A DNA stretch of 64,000 nt. It comes from Eledone cirrhosa. Taxonomy: Eukaryota. This document shows positions 24,910 through 36,100 of the stretch, one piece after another. A program made the translations under genes and the position numbers. The DNA is taken from the NCBI GenBank assembly GCA_964016885.1, contig OZ024740.1, positions 1,364,001 to 1,428,000 of the forward strand, given 5' to 3'. Positions within the stretch are counted from its first letter, which is position 1. Every line of letters begins with the position of its first letter. Under the pieces are notes generated by a model. The model was not told the DNA's origin. It ran no database searches and saw only the letters and a list, made by a program, of their open reading frames with translations.

Positions 24910-25904
24910 GGAGAACATGATATGAAGGCTAAAAAACACTTGTTGATAGTGCAGTTTTAAATCAACATATGAAAAGTGGTTTTAGATTGATGTGTGATAT
25001 TGGGAAAAATATTTTATTTAGAGAGGGGGGGGGAGGATGAAAAGGGAAGGAGATGAGAGGGAGAGATGGGTGATAGAGAGAAAGAGATAGTTTTTATAAC
25101 TGAGAGGAGATATATTTTTTACATAGAGGGGTTGAAAACCGTTGGAAGATACTGTATAAATTAAAAATTTTGAAAATTAATGAAGGGAGGATATGTGCGA
25201 GGAAAAAAAATATTTTATTTAGGGAGGGGGTGGGGTGGAAAGGATGAAAAAAAAGGGGGGAGGAGATGAGAGTGAAGGTGGAGAGGGAGAGATGGGTGAT
25301 AGAGAGAAAGAGATAGTTTTTATAACTGAGAAAAAGATATATTGTTTTAATATAGAGAGGTTGGGAACCGTTGGAAGATAATGTATAAATTAAAGGAATT
25401 TGAAAATTAACGAAGGGAAATTATGTATGAAGATAGAGAGAAAAAAAAAAATAAATAAATAATAATTGTGGGTGAATATTCTAACGTCAAAAGAAGAAAT
25501 GTATGTATTGTGGCAATTTCAAAATTAGCGAAGAGAAAAATTGTTAAGGTTTGTGTGTAGAAGGATTTGAGAAAAATAATGTGAAGTTAAAGTTTGTATA
25601 TTGAATTGATATGTATTAATAATGAGTTCGTTGATGGGGAGAAAAAAATAATAATAAATTAAGGATGAAATTGAGATTAAAAAGATTTATGATAGAGAGA
25701 AAAAATAATAATGATTGCGGATGAATATTCAAAATGTCAAAAACAAATGTTATTATTTTACGAGAAGATAGAATGAGGGTAATGAGTAAACGAGTATTAT
25801 AGAGTGTATAATGCCCTTTAAAGTAAGGTAGATGGGTATATTTTAAAGAGGTGTATGTATATGTGCCTTTGAGAAAAGATTCTAAATTGATAAAGAATTG
25901 AATA

Positions 25905-26158
25905 TTAACTGTATACTTTGTGAAAAGTTCTATGGAATTTATGCAGGCAGATAGAAAACAAATCTGAGCGTCTATTTATTATAGAATCTAGGTTAGAGAT
26001 AATGGTAAATTTTTCATTTAGGCAGAGATTACAGATTTTAGATAGAGAGCTGTTCAAGTATGAGGATGCAGAAGAAATCTTTTTCCAAAAGATGTTATAT
26101 TTAATGTTTTTGTCTTTTAAGGACCATATGAGTTCTGAGAGAGCAGTGTTAGTTCTTA
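25905..26158 (-). pseudogene. C-terminal fragment of a Penelope-type GIY-YIG endonuclease
   Basis: TALSELIWSLKD..IKYNIFWK..SSY...CNLCLNEKFTII...INRRSDLFSICLH fits the PLE pattern T.LS..IW.LK...Y.I.W...C.LC..EK..I...N.R.E....C.H. The first ~14 aa of the tracked ORF come from the inverted arm. Confidence 0.82.
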
Positions 26159-27184
26159 AAATTCCATAGAACTTTTCACAAAGTATACAGTTAATATTCA
26201 ATTCTTTATCAATTTAGAATCTTTTCTCAAAGGCACATATACATACACCTCTTTAAAATATACCCATCTACCTTACTTTAAAGGGCATTATACACTCTAT
26301 AATACTCGTTTACTCATTACCCTCATTCTATCTTCTCGTAAAATAATAACATTTGTTTTTGACATTTTGAATATTCATCCGCAATCATTATTATTTTTTC
26401 TCTCTATCATAAATCTTTTTAATCTCAATTTCATCCTTAATTTATTATTATTTTTTTCTCCCCATCAACGAACTCATTATTAATACATATCAATTCAATA
26501 TACAAACTTTAACTTCACATTATTTTTCTCAAATCCTTCTACACACAAACCTTAACAATTTTTCTCTTCGCTAATTTTGAAATTGCCACAATACATACAT
26601 TTCTTCTTTTGACGTTAGAATATTCACCCACAATTATTATTTATTTATTTTTTTTTTCTCTCTATCTTCATACATAATTTCCCTTCGTTAATTTTCAAAT
26701 TCCTTTAATTTATACATTATCTTCCAACGGTTCCCAACCTCTCTATATTAAAACAATATATCTTTTTCTCAGTTATAAAAACTATCTCTTTCTCTCTATC
26801 ACCCATCTCTCCCTCTCCACCTTCACTCTCATCTCCTCCCCCCTTTTTTTCATCCTTTCCACCCCCCCCTCCCTAAATAAAATATTTTTTTTCCTCGCAC
26901 ATATCCTCCCTTCGTTTTCAAAATTTTTAATTTATACAGTATCTTCCAACGGTTTTCAACCCCTCTATGTAAAAAATATATCTCCTCTCAGTTATAAAAA
27001 CTATCTCTTTCTCTCTATCACCCATCTCTCCCTCTCATCTCCTTCCCTTTTCATCCTTCCCCCCCCCCCTCTCTAAATAAAATATTTTTCCCAATATCAC
27101 ACATCAATCTAAAACCACTTTTCATATGTTGATTTAAAACTGCACTATCAACAAGTGTTTTTTAGCCTTCATATCATGTTCTCC

Positions 27185-27255
27185 TGTTTTATCTGATGAA
27201 AACACAAATATTATTGCTTGATGATGTTTGTTTTTGAAATGCGCATAATAAAATA
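27185..27255 (+). ncRNA. Type I hammerhead ribozyme motif (minimal, palindromic stem III)
   Basis: TGTTTTAT-CTGATGA-[AAACACAAATATTATT..GATGATGTTTGTTTTT stem II]-GAAA-TGCGCA-TA-ATAAAATA. All core residues are present; predicted cleavage after A27247. Confidence 0.85.
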
Positions 27256-27311
27256 TATGGCTCTACCTAGAGTGACTCTCTCATCTCCGAACTACACACT
27301 CTATCAAGTAA

Positions 27312-27312
<1 letters not shown>

Positions 27313-27375
<63 letters not shown>
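27313..27375. repeat. (TA)n microsatellite
   Basis: Directly visible. Confidence 0.95.
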
Positions 27376-27796
27376 TTAGAATGTTAGTATCAGTGTATAT
27401 ATATTAAGAATGACAATAAATGCAGGTGAGTGTTGTGACATGGTTTTACTTCACAGAAGTCAAATAAATTAATAGAAATAATTTTTACCACATGTTGATG
27501 GTCAGTTGGTCACAACTCCCAGACTGGAGTGTGTAGAGAAGAACAGAAATCTTCTCTTGGTAAGGTTCAAGTGTTTCTTTAGGCTGCCGGCACAGGAAGT
27601 GAGAGAGTTACTGCCTTGATGTCCTCAAATATATAGTCCCCAGGGGGACGCAACTCCATTTAGTACATGGATCTGCCACTGTCACAAAGGGATGCAACTC
27701 TTATATGTATCTGCCACTGTGAGTCACGACCGTCACAAAGGGACGCAACTCCTATACGTGCTGAGTTACAGCCGTAAGGGGCCGCTACATATATAT

Positions 27797-28155
27797 ATAA
27801 AATAATTAAGTCAAATATGTAAAATTTGGCTTCGTTTATTATAAATTATAGATATACTGAGAAATAACAACGCAACCAGGAGCTGGACATATCGGAGTAT
27901 TGACGGAGTAAAACACACTTCAACAACATGCGTACTTGTCTCTACCACACCAATTCAGACTGCCTGAAGAGGTCACAGCCAATGAAGGCTGCCACCGAAA
28001 TATATATAGCAGTATATCTATAATTTATAATAAACGAAGCCAAATTTTACATATTTGACTTAATTATTTTACATTACTCCGGAGTAAAGAAACCAACCTG
28101 CGCACTTCGTCGAGTGCTCCAGCCTGCATACTGAGGTGTCGGTAAACAACCAGCA
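27797..28155 (+). mobile_element. Short non-coding Penelope-like/retrozyme-like insertion with inverted 5' segment
   Basis: 27797-27859 is the reverse complement of 28010-28071; hammerhead at 27959-28013; (TA)n flanks. Confidence 0.75.
27959..28013 (+). ncRNA. Type I hammerhead ribozyme motif, second family
   Basis: ACTGC-CTGAAGA-[GGT-CA-CAGCC..GGCTG-CC-ACC]-GAAA-TATATA-TA-GCAGT. Stem I is ACTGC/GCAGT; predicted cleavage after A28008. Confidence 0.82.
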
Positions 28156-28176
28156 TATATATATATATATATATAT

Positions 28177-28498
28177 ATATTGAAAGAATAACAAGGACCA
28201 TTGGTTACTCCTTCATTACATTTATTGGTAGGTGACGCGCGTTTTGCCACTGATCAGGTCAAGGTTCGATCTGTATCGATCCGACCTGATTCTGCAAGAT
28301 ACAGATCGAACCTTGAGCTGATCAGTGGCAAAACACGCGTCACCTACCAATAAATGTAATGAAGGAATAACCAATCGTCCTTGTTATCTTTTCAATATAA
28401 TACACTCTGTATAGCTCTACACCTCAACACTGAAGTGAACCTAAACATCGAGCGCTCTCCCGGGTGAACCTGCAGTAACTCCAAGTTACACTCCCTAG
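28177..28498. mobile_element. Third fold-back insertion: about 100-bp arms (28177-28277, 28298-28398), 20-nt loop, about 100-nt tail
   Basis: Arms are reverse complements with a few mismatches; (TA)n on both sides; same layout as the two neighbouring Penelope-like insertions. Confidence 0.65.
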
Positions 28499-28512
28499 AT
28501 ATATATATATAT

Positions 28513-28722
28513 ATCATCATCATCATCGTTTAACGTCCATCTTCCATGCTAGCATGGATTGGATGGGCTTGACCCACTTTAGGCAAGATTAATTGGATAC
28601 CATGTCTCGCTCATACAGAACTGTTTCTGGCAGGTTTTCTATGGCTGGATGCCCTTCCTAACATCAACCACGTTTACAGAGTGTACTGGGAGCCTTTTTG
28701 CCGTGTCTCCTACATGACCACT
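28513..28722 (-). mobile_element. Short RTE 3'-end copy
   Basis: (TA)n(TCA)nCGTTTAACGTCCATCTTCCATGCTAGCATGG...GGCTGGATGCCCTTCCTAA; close to the copy at 14052-14315. Confidence 0.82.
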
Positions 28723-28733
28723 TTATATATACT

Positions 28734-28828
28734 GTGGTGGTGATGATGGTGTTGGTGGTGGTGGTGGTGATGGTGGTGGTGGTGGTGGGTGTGGTGATGG
28801 TGATGGTGGTGGTGGGTGTGGGTGTGGC
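28734..28828. repeat. (GGT)n/(GAT)n low-complexity tract
   Basis: Directly visible, about 60 nt upstream of the exon 4 acceptor. Confidence 0.9.
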
Positions 28829-28889
28829 TGTGATATAAGTTTGTTTGTCACATTGCTTTTCTTTATCTCTGCTAATCTAATGTCTTCAG

Positions 28890-28998
28890 GATGTTGTGAT
28901 GTTACTGCTGAGCCATGGAGCCAATATCTCCACTGTAAATACAGAAGGCCACACTCCAAAATCTTTAGCCTCTGCTCAAGTAAAGCATTTATTAGAAG
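28890..28998 (+). CDS. OSBPL1A: OSBPL1A-like coding exon 4 (ankyrin repeat); gene continues beyond the window
   Basis: Acceptor CTTCAG|, 109 nt, phase 0 to 1: DVVMLLLSHGANISTVNTEGHTPKSLASAQVKHLLE+G, donor G|GTAAAT. No further exon recognised before 64000. Confidence 0.88.
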
Positions 28999-29524
28999 GT
29001 AAATATACATTTTTTTCAAGACAAAATGTCTACTCTTGGGTCTTATTCCACTCCACCCCCACTTATTATATTTTGCTAATCTATCTCTAGCGAAATTATA
29101 TTTTAAGTGGTAGCATTTCTGTGACAATTAATTTTCTTTATACATTAAAAAACATTATATATGACAAAAAAAGTACATTACTAGAAATCCCATATGTTAT
29201 AAAATATGTAGCATGGGTTGGGGTCTCAATATGTTAAACTAAATGACTAATTCTAATTTTTAAAACATCAAGGGAGACAACTTAAAAAAATAACCTATTT
29301 TCCAACCCCCTGCTACCCCCTCCCCCGCTTTTTCCAATTCCCCCCTCTTATTTCAACCCTCCCTATTATTTGGGAGTAAGTGATGATAAGATCAAATATA
29401 TACACAATGGAAAGCCCTATATTACATCAGACTTAGTTACAAAAACAGACCCTTGACAACTCTATTTCACAGTTCAATGAGTTAATGATAATACCTGCTA
29501 CTTTTGCAACAAGGACAGCAATTA

Positions 29525-29677
29525 CCCCAGTACATTACTGGTACTTTATTTTATCAACCCCGTAAGGATGGAAGGCAAAGTTAACCTTGGTGGGATTTGA
29601 ACTCAGACCATAAAGGGCCGTAACTCAATACTGCAAAGCATGGCGTCTGACCCTCTACCGATACTGCCAGTCCACCT
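29525..29677 (-). mobile_element. tRNA-derived SINE (family of 12690-12815)
   Basis: CTGGTACTTTATTTTATCAACCCC.TAAGGATGGAAGGCAAAGTTAACCTTGGTGGGATTTGAACTCAGA on the + strand. Confidence 0.75.
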
Positions 29678-29809
29678 TCTACTTCGTGTTTGAACACATT
29701 TACATTGGGTCAGGTGTGTGTACACGGGGTCAGGTGTGTGTGTGTACACAGGGTCAGGTGTGTGTGTGGGGGAGCTTAAGTATACACACTGTATATGTGT
29801 ATTGTTAAG

Positions 29810-30161
29810 CATCAGACAACGTTTGCAGTCAGGAGTTACGGCCCTTTATGTTCTGAATTGAAATCCCATTGAGGTTAGCTTTGCCTTTCATCCTTACGAG
29901 GTCAATAAAATAATATACCAGTCATACACTGGGGTCGATTTAATCACTGCCGCCTCTCCAAAAATTGTGCCTAAATCAGAAACCATTATTATCTCACACT
30001 TTCTAGCATAGTTATGTCCCTTTACGATCTGAGTTCAAATCCCGCCGAGGTTAACTTTGCCTTTCATCCTTATGGGGTCGATAAAATAAAGTACCAGTAA
30101 TCTACTGGGTATTTGCTGGCCTTGTGCCAATAGTAGAAACAATTATTATTATCTCACACTT
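29810..30161 (+). mobile_element. Two tandem partial SINE copies directly preceding the 44-bp satellite
   Basis: Box B plus core TTTGCCTTTCATCCTTA..GGTC.ATAAAATAA.TACCAGT occurs twice; both copies end in ATTATTATCTCACACTT. Confidence 0.7.
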
Positions 30162-30164
30162 GTT

Positions 30165-33100
30165 TATCATGAGACTAGGTCCTGTTCCCTATATCATGTG
30201 ACATAACAACAGGTGTGCCCCTAGTCCTGTCCCCTATATCATGTGACATACAACAGGTGTACCCCTAGTTCTGTCCCCTGTATCATGTGACATACAACAG
30301 GTGTACCCCTAGTTCTGTCCCCTGTATCATGTGACATAACAACAGGTGTACCCCTAGTCCTGTCCCCTATATCATGTGACATACAACAGGTGTACCCCTA
30401 GTTCTGTCCCCTGTATCATGTGACATACAACAGGTGTACCCCTAGTTAAGTCCCCTGTGTCATGTGACATACAACAGGTGTACCCCTAGTCCTGTCCCCT
30501 GTATCATGTGACATACAACAGGTGTACCCCTAGTTAAGTCCCCTGTGTCATGTGACATACAACAGGTGTAACCCTAGTCCTGTCCCCTATATCATGTGAC
30601 ATACAACAGGTGTACCCCTAGTCCTGTCCCCTGTATCATGTGACATACAACAGGTGTACCGCTAGTTAAGTCCCCTGTGTCATGTGACATACAACAGGTG
30701 TACCCCTAGTCCTGTCCCCTATATCATGACATACAACAGGTGTACCCCTTGTTCTGTCCCTTGTATCATGTGACATACAACAGGTGTACCCCTAGTTCTG
30801 TCCCCTATGTCATGTGACATACAATTTTACCCCTAGTTCTGTCCCCTGTGTTATGTGACATACGACAGGTGTACCCCTATTCCTGTCCCCTGTGTCATGT
30901 GACATAAACCAGGTGTACCCCTAGTTATGTCCCCTATGTCATGTGACATACAACAGGTGTACCCCTAGTTCTGTCCCCTGTATCATGTTACATACAACAG
31001 GTCTACCCTTAGTTCTGTCCCCTATTTCATGTTACATACAACAGGTGTACCCCTAGTTCTGTCCCCTGTATCATGTGACATACAACAGGTGTACCCCTAG
31101 TTAAGTCCCCTATGTCATGTGACATAAAACAGGTGTACTCCTAGTCCTGTCCCCTGTATCATGTGACATACAACAGGTGTACCCCTAGTTAAGTCCCCTG
31201 TGTCATGTGACATAAAACAGGTGTACTCCTAGTCCTGTCCCCTATATCATGTGACATACAACAGGTGTACCCCAAGTTAAGTCCCCTATGTCATGTGACA
31301 TAAAACAGGTGTACTCCTAGTTCTGTCCCCTGTATCATGTGACATACAACACGTGTACCCCTAGTTCTGTCCCCTATATCATGACCTACAACAGGTGTAC
31401 CTCTAGTTCTGTCCCCTGTATCATGTGACATACAACAGGTGTACCCCTAGTTCTGTCCCCTGTATCATGTGACATACAACAGGTGTACCCCTAGTCCTGT
31501 CCCCTGTATCATGTGACATACAACAGGTGTACCCCTAGTTCTGTCCCCTATATCATGTGACATACAACAGGTGTACCCCTAGTCCTGTTCCCTATATCAT
31601 GTGACACAACAACAGGTGTGTCCCTAGTCCTGTCCCCTATATCATGTGACATACAACAGGTGTACCCCAAGTTAAGTCCCCTATGTCATGTGACATAAAA
31701 CAGGTGTACTCCTAGTTCTGTCCCCTGTATCATGTGACATACAACAGGTGTACCCCTAGTTCTGTCCCCTATATCATGACCTACAACAGGTGTACCTCTA
31801 GTTCTGTCCCCTGTATCATGTGACATACAACAGGTGTACCCCTAGTTCTGTCCCCTATATCATGTGACATACAACAGGTGTACCCCTAGTTCTGTCCCCT
31901 GTATCATGTGACATACAACAGGTGTACCCCTAGTCCTGTCCCCTATATCATGTGACATAACAACCGGTGTGCCCCTAGTCCTGTCCCCTATATCATGTGA
32001 CATACAACAGGTGTGCCCCTAGTCCTGTCCCCTATATCATGTGACATACAACAGGTGTACCCCTAGTCCTGTCCCCTGTGTCATGTGACATAAAACAGGT
32101 GTACCTCTAGTTCTGTCCCCTGTATCATGTGACATACAACAGGTGTACCCCTAGTTCTGTCCCCTGTATCATGTGACATACAACAGGTGTACCCCTAGTT
32201 CTGTCCCCTGTATCATGTGACATACAACAGGTGTACCCCTAGTCCTGTCCCCTATATCATGTGACATACAACAGGTGTACCCCTAGTTCTGTCCCCTATA
32301 TCATGTGACATACAACAGGTGTACCCCTAGTTCTGTCCCCTATATTATGTGACATACAACAGGTGTACCCCTAGTCCTGTCCCCTGTGTCATGTGACATA
32401 CAACAGGTGTACCCCTAGTCCTGTCCCCTATATCATGTGACATACAACAGGTGTACCCCTAGTTCTGTCCCCTATATCATTTGACATACAACAGGTGTAC
32501 CCCTAGTCCTGTCCCCTGTGTCATGTGACATAAAACAGGTGTACTCCTAGTTCTGTCCCCTGTATCATGTGACATACAACAGGTGTACCCCTAGTTCTGT
32601 CCCCTATATCATGTGACATACAACAGGTGTACCTCTAGTTCTGTCCCCTATATCATGTGACATACAACAGGTGTACCCCTAGTCCCGTCCCCTGTGTCAT
32701 GTGACATACAACAGGTGTACCCCTAGTCCTGTCCCCTGTGTCATGTGACATACAACAGGTGTACCCCTAGTCCTGTCCCCTATATCATGTGACATACAAC
32801 AGGTGTACCCCTAGTCCTGTCCCCTGTGCCATGTGACATACAACAGGTGTACCCCTAGTTCTGTCCCCTATATCATGTGACATACAACACGTGTACTCCA
32901 AGTTCTGTCCCTTGTGTCATGTGACATACAACAGGTGTACCCCTAGTTCTGTCCCCTGTATCATGTGACATACAACAGGTGTACCCCAAGTTCTGTCCCT
33001 TGTGTCATGTGACATACAACAGGTGTACCCCTAGTCCTGTCCCCTGTATCATGTGACATACAACAGGTGTACCCCTAGTTCTGTCCCCTGTATCATGTGA

Positions 33101-36100
33101 CATACAACAGGTGTACCCCTAGTTCTGTCCCCTATATCATGTGACATACAACAGGTGTACCCCTAGTTCTGTCCTCTGTATCATGTGACATACAACAGGT
33201 GTACCCCTAGTCCTGTCCCCTATATCATGTGACATACAACAGGTGTACCCCTAGTTCTGTCCCCTGTCTCATATGACATACAACAGGTGTGCCCCTAGTC
33301 CTGTCCCCTATATCATGTGACATACAACAGGTGTACCCCTAGTTCTGTCCCCTGTCTCATGTGACATACAACAGGTTTACCCCTAGTTCTGTCCCCTATA
33401 TCATGTGACATACAACAGGTGTAACCCTAATCCTGTCCCCTGTGTCATGTGACATACAATAGGTGTACCCCTAGTTCTGTCCCCTGTGTCATGTGACATA
33501 CAACAGGTGTAACCCTAATCCTGTCCCCTGTGTCATGTGACATACAACAGGTGTACCCCTAGTCCTGTCCCCTATATCATGTGACATACAACAGGTGTAC
33601 CCCTAGTTCTGTCCCCTGTCTCATGTGACATACAACAGGTGTACCCCTAGTTCTGTCCCGTGTCATGTGACATACAACAGGTGTAACCCTAATCCTGTCC
33701 CCTGTGTCATGTGACATACAACAGGTGTACCCCTACTTCTGTCCCCTGTGTCATGTGACATACAACAGGTGTACCCCTAGTTCTGTCCCCTATATCATGT
33801 GACATACAACAGGTGTAACCCTAATCCTGTCCCCTGTGTCATGTGACATACAACAGGTGTACCCCTAGTCCTGTCCCCTATATCATGTGACATACAACAG
33901 GTGTACCCCTAGTTCTGTCCCCTGTCTCATGTGACATACAACAGGTGTACCCCTAGTTCTGTCCCCTATATCATGTGACATACAACAGGTGTAACCCTAA
34001 TCCTGTCCCCTGTGTCATATGACATACAACAGGTGTACCCCTAGTTCTGTCCCCTGTGTCATGTGACATACAACAGGTGTAACCTAATCCTGTCCCCTGT
34101 GTCATGTGACATACAACAGGTGTACCCCTAGTCCTGTCCCCTATATCATGTGACATACAACAGGTGTACCCCTAGTTCTGTCCCCTGTCTCATGTGACTT
34201 ACAACAGGTGTACCCCTAGTTCTGTCCCCTGTGTCATGTGACATACAACAGGTGTAACCCTAATCCTGTCCCCTGTGTCATGTGACATACAACAGGTGTA
34301 CCCCTAGTCCTGTCCCCTATATCATGTGACATACAACAGGTGTACCCCTAGTTCTGTCCCCTGTCTCATGTGACATACAATAGGTGTACCCCTAGTTCTG
34401 TCCCCTGTGTCATGTGACATACAACAGGTGTAACCCTAATCCTGTCCCCTGTGTCATGTGACATACAACAGGTGTACCCCTAGATCTGTCCTCTGTGTCA
34501 TGTGACATACAACAGGTGTACCCTAGTCCTGTCCTCTGTGTCATGTGACATACAACAGGTGTACCCCTAGTTCTGTCCCCTATATCATGTGACATACAAC
34601 AGGTGTAACCCTAGTCCTGTCCCCTGTGTCATGTGACATACAACAGGTGTACCCCTAGTTCTGTCCCCTATATTATGTGACATACAACAGGTGTACCCCT
34701 AGTCCTGTCCCCTATATCATGACCTACAACAGGTGTACCCCTAGTTCTGCCCCCTATATCATGACCTGCAACAGGTGTACCCCTAGTTCTGTCCCCTGTA
34801 TCATGTGACATACAACAGGTGTACCCCTAGTTCTGTCCCCTATATCATTTGACATACAACAGGTGTACCCCTAGTCCTGTCCCCTGTGTCATGTGACATA
34901 AAACAGGTGTACTCCTAGTTCTGTCCCCTGTATCATGTGACATACAACAGGTGTACCCCTAGTTCTGTCCCCTATATCATGTGACATACAACAGGTGTAC
35001 CTCTAGTTCTGTCCCCTATATCATGTGACATACAACAGGTGTACCCCTAGTCCCGTCCCCTGTGTCATGTGACATACAACAGGTGTACCCCTAGTCCTGT
35101 CCCCTGTGTCATGTGACATACAACAGGTGTACCCCTAGTCCTGTCCCCTATATCATGTGACATACAACAGGTGTACCCCTAGTCCTGTCCCCTGTGCCAT
35201 GTGACATACAACAGGTATACCCCTAGTTCTGTCCCCTATATCATGTGACATACAACAGGTGTACTCCAAGTTCTGTCCCTTGTGTCATGTGACATACAAC
35301 AGGTGTACCCCTAGTTCTGTCCCCTGTATCATGTGACATACAACAGGTGTACCCCAAGTTCTGTCCCTTGTGTCATGTGACATACAACAGGTGTACCCCT
35401 AGTCCTGTCCCCTGTATCATGTGACATACAACAGGTGTACCCCTAGTTCTGTCCCCTGTCTCATGTGACATACAACAGGTGTACCCCTAGTTCTGTCCCC
35501 TGTATCATGTGACATACAACAGGTGTACCCCTAGTTCTGTCCCCTATATCATGTGACATACAACAGGTGTACCCCTAGTTCTGTCCCCTGTATCATGTGA
35601 CATACAACAGGTGTACCCCTAGTCCTGTCCCCTATATCATGTGACATACAACAGGTGTACCCCTAGTTCTGTCCCCTGTCTCATATGACATACAACAGGT
35701 GTGCCCCTAGTCCTGTCCCCTATATCATGTGACATACAACAGGTGTACCCCTAGTTCTGTCCCCTGTCTCATGTGACATACAACAGGTTTACCCCTAGTT
35801 CTGTCCCCTATATCATGTGACATACAACAGGTGTAACCCTAGTCCTGTCCCCTGTGTCATGTGACATACAACAGGTGTAACCCTAATCCTGTCCCCTGTG
35901 TCATGTGACATACAACAGGTGTACCCCTAGTCCTGTCCCCTATATCATGTGACATACAACAGGTGTACCCCTAGTTCTGTCCCCTGTCTCATGTGACATA
36001 CAACAGGTGTACCCCTAGTTCTGTCCCGTGTCATGTGACATACAACAGGTGTAACCCTAATCCTGTCCCCTGTGTCATGTGACATACAACAGGTGTACCC

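Larger units (their letters stand above)
24834..27312. mobile_element. 5'-truncated Penelope-like element with inverted pseudo-LTR (arms about 24834-25940 and 26159-27260)
   Basis: Arms of about 1.1 kb are near-perfect reverse complements; the 218-bp loop encodes a GIY-YIG C-terminus on the - strand; a hammerhead motif lies near each outer end; (TA)n on both sides. Confidence 0.88.

Noticed and set aside
24834-27260. Palindrome as an assembly artefact or a DNA transposon with long TIRs
   Set aside because: The arms differ by small indels and substitutions, and the GIY-YIG loop plus hammerhead fit a Penelope-like inverted pseudo-LTR better. An artefact is unlikely but not fully excluded without reads.
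28723-29127. Proline-rich 134-aa minus-strand ORF
   Set aside because: Antisense to exon 4; the poly-Pro comes from the (GGT)n tract.
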